A program made the translations under genes and the position numbers. Positions 1 to 11,169 of a stretch of 35,647 nt of DNA are shown piece after piece (position 1 is the stretch's first letter; the number at the start of each line of letters is the position of its first letter). The notes beneath the pieces were generated by a model that was not told the DNA's origin, searched no databases, and saw only the letters and a list, made by a program, of their open reading frames with translations. Source of the DNA: Chiloscyllium plagiosum (Eukaryota); NCBI RefSeq assembly GCF_004010195.1, contig NC_057720.1:91638294-91673940 (forward strand), in the 5' to 3' direction.

Positions 1-1595
1 GTCCCAGTACTTCAAGACTGTCAGGGGGCAGAGGGGAGTGTAGTGGCCATCACTAAGGAGGAGGTACTGGGGAAGCTGAAAGGTCTGAATGTGGATTAAT
101 CACCCAGACTGGATGAACTACACCAGTGTGTTCTGAAGGAGATCGCTGAGGAGATTGTCAAGGCTTTTTTCTTCACTTGTGATCCCTCACTTTCAGGAAT
201 CAATGGAGTCGGGCTGTGAAGGTTGTGTTGGGGAGGGATTTGGTGGGGGCAAGAAACTGGAAAATGGCTCACATAACACCCCTGTTTAAGAAGGGAGGGA
301 GGGAGAAGATTGGAAATTATAGGCGAGTTTGCCTGGACTCAGTTGTTGGTAAGGTTTTCGACTTCAATTTAAGGGTGAAATTGCAGAGGACTTGGAAGTA
401 CTGTGGGAAAATAGGGCTGAATCAACATGGCTTCATCATGCCTGGCAAATTTGTTAGAATTCTTTGAGGAGGCAATGAGTCAGTCAGACAAAGAACAGTC
501 CAAGGAAGTAATCTATTTGGATTTCCAGAAGGCCTTTGATATCAGGTAAGAGAACATTGTATTAGGGTAAGGTATTGGCATGGACTGAGGACTGGCAGGT
601 TGGCATAAAGCAAAAAGTGAGGAAAAATGGCAGCTGGTGACCAGTGGAGTTCTGCAGGTGTCAATGTTGGGACCATAACTATTCACGTCATACATGAAGA
701 AAGTGAAGACATTGTTGCTAAGTTTGCAGATGACATGAGATAGGTGGAGGGACAGGTAATGTTGAGGAAGTGGGAAGGCTGTAAAAGGTCCTGGATAAGC
801 TCAAAGAGTGGGCAAGAAGTGGCAGATAGAATACAATGTGTGACAGTGTGAGGGTATGCACTTTGGGAGGAAGAAGAGATGGAAAGACTGTTTTCTAAAT
901 GAGGAAAGCCTTTGGAAATCTAAAGCACAAATCTCATTCACGATTCTCTGAAGGTGAACAGGCAGGTCCAGTTTGTGCTTGGGAAGGCAAATGGAATGAT
1001 AGCATTCATTTCAATAGGGCCAGAATACAAGAGCAGAGATGTACTGCTGAGGTTGTGTAAGGCTCTGGTCAGATTGTATTTGGAATATTGGGAGCAGTTT
1101 TGGGACCCATATTTTAAGAAATGATGTGCTGGCTTTGGAGGTGTCCTGAGGATGAAGGGCTTGTCATATGAGGCATAGTTGAGGACTCTGGGTCTGTATT
1201 CGATGGAGTTTAGAAGGATGAGGAGGGACCTTATTGAAATTTACAGAATACTGATAGGCCTGGATAGAGTGGATGCAGAGAAGATGTTTCCAAAAACAGG
1301 AAAGACTAGGTAAGGAAGGCACACCATCAGAATGAAGGATGGACCCTTTCGAGCTGAGATGAGGAGGAATTTCTTCAGCCAGAGGGTGGTGAATCTGTGG
1401 AACTCATTGCTACAGAGGGCAATAGAGGCCAAGTCATTGGGTGTATTTAAGACAGAGATAGATAGGTTCGTGATTGTTAAGGGGATCAAATGTTCCTGTG
1501 GAGTAGGCAGGAGAATGGGGGTGAGAAGCATATCTGCCAAGATCAAATAGCAGAGCATATTCCATGGGCTGAATGGCTGATTTCTGCTCCCATTT
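1..1595 (+). mobile_element. Degenerate CR1-like LINE ORF2 (reverse transcriptase) with 3' end
   Basis: WKMAHITPLFKKGGREKIGNYR, KFADD-type motif near 720, RRNFFSQRVVNLWNSL, shark-type 3' tail gggctgaatggctgatttctgctcc; many stops and frameshifts. Confidence 0.88.
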
Positions 1596-1680
1596 CTTCA
1601 AGTCTTCTGAAGAGTTTAACCAAAACCCTGGAACACTGAACCCACTGGACTGTGAGCCCTGCTGTAGCTGTTTATCATTA

Positions 1681-1822
1681 GGAGAAAGTGAGAACTGCAG
1701 ATGCTGGAGATCAGAGCTGCAGATGCATGAGCCATGAAGAAGGGTTCATGCCTGAAACGTCGATTCTCCTGCTCCTTGGATGCTGCCTGATCTGCTGCGC
1801 TTTTCCAGCAACACATTTTTGA
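1681..1822 (+). mobile_element. Short Penelope-like terminal repeat fragment, present only in arm A
   Basis: gaagaagggttcatgcctgaaacgtcgattctcctgctcc...ttttccagcaacaca resembles the reverse complement of 16665-16742; missing at the paralogous site near 33470. Confidence 0.6.
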
Positions 1823-1894
1823 GCTATCATCGCATCATTGTCAAGAGGTAACCAAAGAGTGTGCACCTATATGGGAATTTCAGGATACTTCGCA

Positions 1895-2900
1895 GTTCCT
1901 GGAATACCTTGAGTACAGGAAGTGTGGTCAGTGACAGCAGTTGGAGCTCCAGGTTTCAGAGCTTGAGCAGCAGCTGGGGGAGCAGCAGACAGTCCAAAAG
2001 GACCAGGCAGCTAGTACAGGAATCCCCGAGTGCATCCCACTATCCAACCAGGACTCAGTTCAGAATCCTGATGAGAATGATGGTTCATCTGGGGAGTGCA
2101 GCCAGAGCCAAGTCCATGGCATCACAGATGGCTCAGCTGTTCAGGGGGGCACAAGGAAGACTGGAAGAGTGATAGTGAGAGGAGATTCGAGAGTGAGGAC
2201 AATCGATAGGTGTTTGTGCAGCTGCAGCTGGGAATCCAGGATGGTGTGTTGTCTCCCTGCAGAGCACCGTGAGGGGAGAAGAGGAACAGGCAGCAGTCGT
2301 GGTCCACATCATTCCCAATGACAGAGGGAGAAAAAGGATGTGGTCCTGCAGTCAGAATTTGGGGAGCTCGGGGGGAAATTAGGAGCAGGAGCTAAAAGAT
2401 AGGAATCTTCAGATTACTCCCAGTACTCAATGCAAGTGAGAAGAGGAACAGAAGAGTAACACAGGTGACTGTGGGGCTGGAGAGAGGGTCCAGGAGGGAG
2501 GGATTTAGATTCTTGGGACATTGGGACTGGGTCTGGGGGAGATGGGACCTGGACAGACCAGACAGTGTTGCTCATGAACAGAGCTGGGACTGAATTCCTT
2601 TGGGATGATTTACTAGTTGGAGAGAATTTAAACTAACTTGGCTGGGCTGTGGGATCCAGGGGGGAATATCAGAGAGGACACCAAGGTCCACAGAATCCTC
2701 AGTGCAGTCAATAAGTCACCACCCAGTGGGAAGGATGTGGAGGAATACAAATGCAAGGAATTTACAGTGACCTGCAAATGTGATAGAGTCGTTACAAATG
2801 GGGGGTGGGCTCTTTAATTTCTGAATATAGACTGGGGTAGTAGCAGTGTAATGGGCAGAGAGGGGCCAGAGGTGTGAGACTGTGTTCAGGTGAATTTTCA
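1895..2900 (+). mobile_element. CR1-like LINE ORF1 (coiled coil plus SGNH esterase-like GDS motif) and an ORF2 endonuclease remnant
   Basis: LELQVSELEQQL and VIVRGDSRVRTIDR...RMVCCLP; paralog at ~32270-33390 (minus). Confidence 0.78.
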
Positions 2901-2934
2901 GGTAGCATTGTGGCCAGTGAAGAAGGCTGTCTCA

Positions 2935-4945
2935 GAGTACAATAAGATCTTCACCAACTGGGCCAGTAGGCTGAGGAATGGCAGATGGAGTTTAATTCAG
3001 ATAAATGTGAGTGCTGTACTTTGGTAAGACACAGGAGATGGGTAAGATCCTAAACAAATATTTCAGGTCAGTATTTATTGTGGAGAAGGACATGAAAGCA
3101 AGGGAATTTGGATAAATAGTGATGTTTTGAAAAAGTCAACAATACAAATGAGGAGATGCAAAAGGTCTTAAAACATATAAAGGTAGATAAATCCCTAGGA
3201 CCTGATCAGGTGTATCCCAGAATATTGTTGGAAACTAGGGAAGAGATTGCTGGGCCCCTTGCTGAGATATGTTTATCATTGACAGCTATAGGTAAGGTGT
3301 TGGAGAACCAGAGAGATTGGCTAATGTTGTACCATTATTTCAGAAAGGCTGTAAGGAAAAGCCAGGGAACTATAGACCAGTGAGCATGATGTCAGTGCTG
3401 GGTAGGATATTGGAGTGGATTCTGAGGGACAGGATGTTCATCCATTTGGATAATCAATGTGGTTTTGTGCATGGGAAATCATGTCTCCGTAATTTGATTG
3501 AGGAGGTGACAAAGAAGATTGATGAAGGCAGAAGAAGAGACACTGTCTGTGTGGACTTCAGTAAAGTAATTGACAAGGTTCCACATGATAGACTGGTTTG
3601 TAAGGTTAGACCACATGGGTTCCAGGGGGAGCTAGCCATTTGGGTAAAAATATTAGCTTGAAGACAGGAGAGAGGGAGTGGTGGTTAAGGGTTGATTTTC
3701 AGACTGGAGATCTGTGAATAGCTGTGTGCCGCAAGGATTGGGGCTGGGTCCACTGCTTTTGGTCATTTAAATAAATGATTTCTCTGTAAATATATAGGAG
3801 TTACAGTAAGTTTGTAAATGACACCAAAATTGGTGGGACAGTGGATAGTGAAGAAGATGATCTCAGGATACAGTGGGACCTTGATCATTTGGAGCAATGG
3901 GCAGAGGTGTGGCAAATGGAGTTCAGTTTAGATAAATGTGAGATGTTGCATTTTGGAAAGGCAAACCGGGGCAGGAGTTATACAGTTAATGGTAGGGCCC
4001 TGTGGAGTATTGCTGAACAAAGAGACCGAGGGGTGAGGGGTGTGGGGTGAGGGGTGAGGGGTGAGGGATGAGGGTAAGCTGCATTATTCCTTAAAACTGG
4101 ATCACAGGGAGACAGGGCACTGAAGAAGGTGTTGGGTATGTTTGCCTTTATTGGTCACTGTATTGAGTACAGGAGTTGAGACATCATGTTGCAGCTGTAC
4201 AGGAGATTGGTGAGGCCACTTTGGGAATAATGTGAACAAATCTGATCATCCTGCGATAGGAAGGATGTTGTTAAACTTTTAAAAGATGCACAAAAATATT
4301 TACAAGGATTTTGCTAGGAATTGGAGGGTTTGAATGATAGGGAGAGGATGAATAAATTGGTGCAATTTTCCCTGCAGCATTGAAGGCTGAGACATTTATA
4401 AAATCGTGAGGGACATAGATAGTGTGACTAATTAAGGAAGCATGTGAATGTTTTGTAGAGATGGCAAATTATATTGTTAAAGGTCATTCCAGGGATGAGG
4501 AAGGTCAGTTATGAGGATTGATTGGAGAATTTGGGACTGTCTTCTTTGGAGAAGGCTGAAAGGAGATTTGTTAGAAGATTTAAAACCAGGAGGGGCCTGG
4601 ACAGAGTAAATAGGGAGAAAATGTTCCCAATTGAGAAAGGATTGAGACCGAGAGACCACAGATTGAAAGTAATTGGGAAAAGTAACAAAAGTGAAATGGG
4701 GAAAAACATTTTCAGCCAGTGGGTGGTTAAGGTGTGGAATGCACTGTCTGAGAGTGTGGTGGAGGCAGCTTCGATTGAAACATTCTGAAGGGAATGAGAC
4801 TGTTATTCGAAAAGGAACAATGTGCAGGGTATCAGGGAGAAGGCAGGTGATTGACACTCAATGAATTGCTCATTTATAGAGCTAGTACGACAGGATGGGC
4901 AGAATGGCCTCCCTATGCACTGTAACAGTTCTGTGATTGTGTGAT
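2935..4945 (+). mobile_element. Nested CR1-like LINE RT and 3'-end fragments
   Basis: ANVVPLFQKGCKEKPGNYRPVS, DFSKVIDKVPH, WQMEFSLDKCEMLHFG, NIFSQWVVKVWNAL; tail tctgtgattgtgtgatt. Confidence 0.85.
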
Positions 4946-5389
4946 TGAGCAAAGTTAAAGCTGGGGGAGGTGGGAGCTCGGTGTCTCACTGTGCTGCTGC
5001 TGCTGCTGCTGCTGCTGAGGTCAGTGAGATCAGAGACTGGGACAGGGAGCCAGAGCTCACATCAAACTCTGCCCGTGTCCGTCACACTGAGACTGGCAGG
5101 AGGCTACTCACTGATTTCACTCCATGCTGCAGGAATGGGACCACAGGCTGCAAATGGACAGAGCCCCTCCACACGGTGAGTAAAACTGACTGACTTATAT
5201 CTTGCTGCTTAAAATGGGCATGGAACTAAAGAAATACAGCTGGACACCCTGTTAGACACAGTGCTCCTCAATCAACCATTTCATTCACTGCAGCTCCCCA
5301 CTAACACCTTCAACAATTCAGCATTTGTGTTTTAGAAATTGTGTTTCAGTATTGACAGGGTTAATAACGGAGGATGGCGGTTTCATTAC

Positions 5390-5714
5390 TCAGTCTGAGC
5401 TTGCTTCCTTTACCGAACGTAATAGCTGCTACCCTGCTGACAGTAATAGTCAGCGACATCCTCATTCTGAACGTTGCTGATTGTCAGGGTGAAACTGGTC
5501 CCTGATCCACTGCCGGTGAATCGCTCGGAGACTCCTGTGAATCAAGTTGCTGCAGCATAGATCAGGAGAGAGGGTTTCTGACCTTCTCGCTGTTGGTTCC
5601 AAGCAAGGACATTGCTAACAGATTGACTGGCCGTACAGGTGAGTGTTGCGGTCTGGCCCAATCCCACTGACAGCACCGGGGGAGACTGGGTCATGGTGAT
5701 GTCCCCACTGATAC
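5390..5714 (-). pseudogene. IGKV: Pre-joined, out-of-frame V-J exon of an Ig kappa-type (NS4-like) light chain pseudogene
   Basis: Acceptor cctcag|GT; [23 protein letters not shown]...[19 protein letters not shown] (TGA 5544-5542)...[13 protein letters not shown] runs directly into J (ACG TTC GGT AAA GGA AGC AAG CTC AGA CTG A|gtaatg = [10 protein letters not shown]) with no RSS; 22 nt between Cys and Phe codons, so frameshifted, with TAA at 5412-5410. Confidence 0.93.
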
Positions 5715-5900
5715 CTGAGGGGTCAGAGAGAAACACAGTGAAGTCAGAACTGTCACAGAAAGAGCCTGTCAAATGAGAGATTGTTGGAGATACTGAGCAT
5801 TCCTCTGGTTTCAGCATTTTCTCTTCAATCACAAGTCAGTGGAATTGGAGTGAAATGGAGAGCAGCTAAAGATTCAAGGTGGAAGGAGAGAGATTTGTAC

Positions 5901-5949
5901 CTGCGACACAGAATGCCAGGGGCCAGATCAGCTGGATGTGTGAAATCAT
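5901..5949 (-). pseudogene. IGKV: Ig kappa-type light chain leader exon of the pre-joined VJ gene (MISHIQLIWPLAFCVA-G)
   Basis: ATG at 5949-5947, 49-nt exon, donor GTACAA; encodes the same peptide as the leader at 29297-29345. Confidence 0.93.
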
Positions 5950-6009
5950 GGTGTGTGCTCCTGTCCCTGGGCCTGGTTCCTGATAAACTCTTCCTTCACT
6001 GGGCTCTAC

Positions 6010-6063
6010 TTTATAAAGCTGCAGCCTGTGAGAGTTTGACTGGGTGTTCCTCAGTATGTAAAT
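6010..6063 (-). promoter_or_regulatory. V promoter: octamer-like ATTTACAT and TATA box
   Basis: ATGTAAAT on + at 6056-6063 (7/8 match to the Ig octamer) and TTTATAAA at 6010-6017, about 60 nt above the ATG; conserved in the paralog. Confidence 0.7.
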
Positions 6064-6994
6064 GGCATCAGGCAGAGAGAGCCACGTCAGTCCCTCNNNN
6101 NNNNNNNNNNNNNNNNNNNNNNNNNNNNNNNNNNNNNNNNNNNNNNNNNNNNNNNNNNNNNNNNNNNNNNNNNNNNNNNNNNNNNNNNNNNNNNNNNNNN
6201 NNNNNNNNNNNNNNNNNNNNNNNNNNNNNNNNNNNNNNNNNNNNNNNNNNNNNNNNNNNNNNNNNNNNNNNNNNNNNNNNNNNNNNNNNNNNNNNNNNNN
6301 NNNNNNNNNNNNNNNNNNNNNNNNNNNNNNNNNNNNNNNNNNNNNNNNNNNNNNNNNNNNNNNNNNNNNNNNNNNNNNNNNNNNNNNNNNNNNNNNNNNN
6401 NNNNNNNNNNNNNNNNNNNNNNNNNNNNNNNNNNNNNNNNNNNNNNNNNNNNNNNNNNNNNNNNNNNNNNNNNNNNNNNNNNNNNNNNNNNNNNNNNNNN
6501 NNNNNNNNNNNNNNNNNNNTGTATCACTGCCTCAAATAATCTTATATCCCTCTATCACATCCCTTCTCAACCTTCATTGCTCCAAGCAAAACAATCCCAA
6601 CCTTTCCAAGCTTTCCTCATAGCTGACCCTCCATCGCAGGCAGCATCCTGGGAAATCTCTGCACCCTCTCAATACAATCACATTCTTCCCAAAATGTGAT
6701 GACCAGGACCTATCTCTCTATATCTCCCTTTCTGACTCATATCTGCCATTTCTTTCCCTCTACTACTATCCCTTTCTTCCACTGTTAATCTCTTTCATAT
6801 TCTCTCTCTCTCTTTCTTTCTCTCTCTCACTCTGTCTCATAGCCGCTCTTTCCAACTCACTCACGCTTCCTCACTCCGTCGGATAATCTCTATTTCTCCA
6901 AATCTCACTGTCTCAGTCACTCGTCCATCTCTCACTTCAATTGAAAGCCTCCAAATGTTACCTGCCCCTTTCTATTCCTCCCTCTATCTCTCTC

Positions 6995-7494
6995 NNNNNN
7001 NNNNNNNNNNNNNNNNNNNNNNNNNNNNNNNNNNNNNNNNNNNNNNNNNNNNNNNNNNNNNNNNNNNNNNNNNNNNNNNNNNNNNNNNNNNNNNNNNNNN
7101 NNNNNNNNNNNNNNNNNNNNNNNNNNNNNNNNNNNNNNNNNNNNNNNNNNNNNNNNNNNNNNNNNNNNNNNNNNNNNNNNNNNNNNNNNNNNNNNNNNNN
7201 NNNNNNNNNNNNNNNNNNNNNNNNNNNNNNNNNNNNNNNNNNNNNNNNNNNNNNNNNNNNNNNNNNNNNNNNNNNNNNNNNNNNNNNNNNNNNNNNNNNN
7301 NNNNNNNNNNNNNNNNNNNNNNNNNNNNNNNNNNNNNNNNNNNNNNNNNNNNNNNNNNNNNNNNNNNNNNNNNNNNNNNNNNNNNNNNNNNNNNNNNNNN
7401 NNNNNNNNNNNNNNNNNNNNNNNNNNNNNNNNNNNNNNNNNNNNNNNNNNNNNNNNNNNNNNNNNNNNNNNNNNNNNNNNNNNNNNNNNNNNNN
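6995..7494. other. Assembly gap (500 N); other gaps at 6097-6519 and 21002-21013
   Basis: N runs. Confidence 0.99.
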
Positions 7495-10190
7495 ACGTGT
7501 CCCTTTGGGATGACAGAACTCCCAGGAGTTGCTTGGAGGGATCCAGATGTTGATCTCTTCCCTGGAACAGCAGGTGAAAAGCTGCTGCATTTCTCGGGCT
7601 CCTTGATGCCACACACCATCAAAGAGGCCTTGATGTCAAGTGCTGTCACTCTACCCTCACCTCACTCGCATGGTCAGGGAGAGCTCAGTCCACTGACTCA
7701 CGTTTATCGGAATGAATTCCACTTGTTACTGATCTGACCCTCCCAGCCCGTCTAAATCCTCATGTCGTCTTGTACTGCTTCAGGACACCCCCATTCGGGA
7801 AGGCCAATAAATGGAAAGCACAAAAACTTTAATTCAGATACTGAAGGCAATTACTGGTATCATCAAGGAATGGATGTAATTTGTTTGTAGGCGGGATCTA
7901 TATTTCTTTATTAAAGTTAAGTGATTCAGTGTAAATACATCTGTAGTGAATGCATGAAACTACAACAATTCCCACTTAGGGTGTTTGGATTGGAGACTGA
8001 GTTGAAAAAAATGGTGACACATCAGGGAGGTGTGATGGATGGGAATGTGGCATTGGAAGCAAAATCACATCAGCCATAGTCCTATTGATTGGTGGAGAAG
8101 TCTTGAAGGATTGAATGGCCTAATTCACCCTATAATTTTGTAAGTTCAAAACAATTACATTTTTTTTCTCTGTACCCACTCATGCATACTGTCTGTGTGA
8201 AAGATTTCTTCAACTCTTTATCCTTCCTCCTTTGTGTCTTAACCCTGAGCTGTCAATGTTACTGGGAGATTTGAGAAGCAGATTTACTCACTTGCTCATT
8301 CACTCCCTTCTCAGCCTCTCTTTATCTCCTGAAACTCCACTCAACAGCAATCTGCTGGGTCAGGAGCAAGGCTCTCAGCTCAATGGATAAAGGACCCTTT
8401 TCCAGCACCAAGCTGGTGAGTGTCAGCTGGAGAACAATGTTCCATTGCACATGCCTTCTTCAATATTCAAGGTGTCCAGCTATTCTCTACATCCACGTTC
8501 ACTCCTGGTGGGATCAGGAAAAGAGGAAGAGTCAGTGCAGCCATTGTGCAGCATCCAGTGTCGAGCTGCCCCATTTCCAAACCCATTGCAACATCATTGT
8601 TTGTCCTAACACCAAGCAGATGCTCCCATCACAAGAGGCTCCATGGCCCTGAGACTGTGAGAGTGAGCCCTGTCCATTCAGCTCGATCATCAAGCTCCAG
8701 CCTTCCTGATGTGGTGGCAGCCAGGAGAACCCTGCCCATGGGAGATTCCACACACACTCCCTCCCTCCCTGCAGGGAAAGATGATTTCATGGCCCTGATT
8801 TCTCTCCAAACTGATCTGAATTTGAGCATTGCTAAAAAAAATTGACATTTTGTTAAAGATTCTGTCTTGCACACATCAGCACATAATGAGTAATTTAGCA
8901 CAGCCAACCACCTAACCTGCACATCTTCTCTCAGTTTTGCAAATGAAACATCAGGTTTGATGTTTATGCTTTGAGCTAGATTTAATACAGTTGGAAACAT
9001 GACTCCAGACACATTTAATCACTCAAGTAGCCCATTTCAATATTCCCAATGGCAGCTAAAATTTCTCTCTATGAATATCGGGACAGAAGTAGTGAACTGA
9101 AATTCTCAGCCACCATCAGATGATATCAACTAGATTGAGGAGTCAATTGACCTCTAAATTCCTGAATCTATCCTGATTTAATGGCAGATCAGGGATTAAA
9201 TAGGCTTGGCTTTCCCACAATGTGTCCAATCAAGGGACCAAGCTTCAGATGGTGTCCTCATGTTAAACTGCCACCTCTCCCATGACCCACACCTGCCTTT
9301 AGTTGCAGTTGGTGTGGGATTCCATAATAAGCCAAGGTCTCCAATGAGAGCCCTGCCTCCAACAGGCATTGCTCTGCTCGCTTCCAACTGGGGACCTCCC
9401 CAGGAACCAAAAGGAGCTCCCCACCAGTTCTGTCACTGATGGGCGAGATCATTGTTGACCCAACTTAGAGTGGACTGAACCCAAACCTTCTGACTCCATG
9501 GAAGGAGTTCTACCAATTTAGCCAAGGCTAAAACTTTTTTAAAAATCATAAAATCTATAAATAATTAGCGCTGCCTTTGTGTGAGGTCAGAGCTTTGAGG
9601 TTTAAACGTATTCTTTTGGAATGTAATGAAGCGTTACCATGGAGAATGTTGCTGCTGGACAAGTACAGCCAACTCTGCCCAAAACGTCACTGCAATAGTT
9701 AATCCATCACCATCCAATCAAATGCTTTCTAGCATTACTTTCCCTTTATTATTCCTCTTTTTCAGGTTATTAAACCCCTTTTAAAATAGTACACACATGG
9801 GAACACTTCCATCTGCCAAGATTTTCCCCAAACCATTCATCATCCTGACTTAGAAATATATCCCTGTTCCTTCACTATCACTGAGTTAAAATCAGGGTAT
9901 TCTCTCCCTCAGGGCATTCTGGGTCTACCTACAGCACATGGCTGCAGCGAATTCAGGAAGGCAGCAATTCACCGCGCTGCAATGTTGTTTATCATATAAA
10001 CAGTCCTTCAAGCTTTATCGTTCTCAGAGGCGTTACAACCGAGAAAACCCCTTCCACTCTCGGCAGAAATTTCAATTATTCCCGTTTCCCTGCTCTATCC
10101 CAAAAGCTTCTCTTAATGTGTGACTGTGTTTCTGGTGTATTAACAATATCTGACACTTGCCTGCCTAATGCTCTTACACCCACTGATGCC

Positions 10191-10514
10191 TGTTGAGTTC
10201 CCCTAGATAAATTACTGTTCTCTGCCGTTTGTTCGGTCTTTGAGTGTAATTAATTTTGTGCCTGGTCCCAATAACAATCCGAAGGACACTCCACCTTTCA
10301 GTCTGACAAACCAGGTTCACGCATGTCATGGCTCTACTTCTAGCCTAGGCTCTGTTGAGTTCCCCTAGATAAATTACTGTTCTCTGCCGTTTGTTCGGTC
10401 TTTGAGTGTAATTAATTTTGTGCCTGGTCCCAATAACAATCCGAAGGACACTTCACCTTTCAGTCTGACAAACCAGGTTCACCCATGTCATGGCTCTACT
10501 TCTAGCCTAGGCTC
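10191..10514. repeat. Two-copy 162-bp tandem duplication
   Basis: 10191-10352 vs 10353-10514, two substitutions seen. Confidence 0.92.
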
Positions 10515-11169
10515 CAGTTTTTCTGAGGGATGAATTCAAGCCTCTTCACTTTGATCATTTGAAGTGTATCTCATTTATTTGGATTTCTCCTGGGATTGGC
10601 GGGCACAAACTTGGCTGCTATTTGTTGCCCTTCCTTAATTGTCCTGGAGAGGGCGGTGGTGAGCCATTAAATATCTGGGAAGGAAGGCGCTAGGATCTGA
10701 ACAAAAAAAAACCCATGAAACTCAATGTGATGCTCATGAATGTAGTTTGGACAAGGGAACCCAGTCATCACCCGGTCTGTGACTCCAGTCCCACAGTGAC
10801 ATGATTCATTATTCTCGGCCCCATGATCTGGCTCTGAACTCAGTCCGAGCAATTAGAGATAGGCAATACATTTTAGGCTTGATTTAAAATAGTTTATAAA
10901 ATTGTTTATTTAAAAAAAATATTTAAAATAGTTAAATATATGTTAACCTGAATGCACAAGGCATAATTTGAAAATTTGCTGATGGTATGAAACTTGGATG
11001 TATTACGGCTGATGAAGAAGATAGTGTCGAACTTCAAAAAGCATGTAGGTAAGTTAATGGAATGAGCAGATGTTTGCAGATACAATTTAATGGAAAGAGA
11101 TGTCACTGAATCATTTTGGAAGGAAAACGTGGAGAGACAAACAAACTAAAGGGTACAGGTATGGGTAGG

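Larger units (their letters stand above)
1..6085 (-). repeat. Paralogous cluster arm A (promoter, V-J and first ~5.4 kb of the J-C intron); inverted homolog of ~29155-35130
   Basis: Colinear reverse-complement similarity, e.g. ORFs 1332-1550 vs 33575-33823, 4522-4788 vs 30911-31204, 4945-5193 vs 30523-30753. Confidence 0.92.

Noticed and set aside
4030-4075. (GGGGTGA)n G-rich tract as a switch-like or G4 element
   Set aside because: Short slippage expansion inside a LINE; much shorter in the paralog (~32045-32070)
4970-5179. Secreted-protein gene MGARCLTVLLLLLLLL...
   Set aside because: GTG start, poly-Leu comes from a (CTG)n tract, and the paralog is frameshifted; kept only as a possible non-coding element
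5781-7737. Long ORFs of 146-260 aa
   Set aside because: Artefacts of N runs; the same applies to ORFs at 28324-29116
8383-9012. Overlapping 73-141 aa ORFs as a novel gene
   Set aside because: No recognisable domain or exon structure; probably chance ORFs or old repeat
10792-10830. Stray CACAGTG heptamers (10792, 17991, 21434, 22698, 5257) as RSS or deleting element
   Set aside because: No nonamer at 12- or 23-nt spacing
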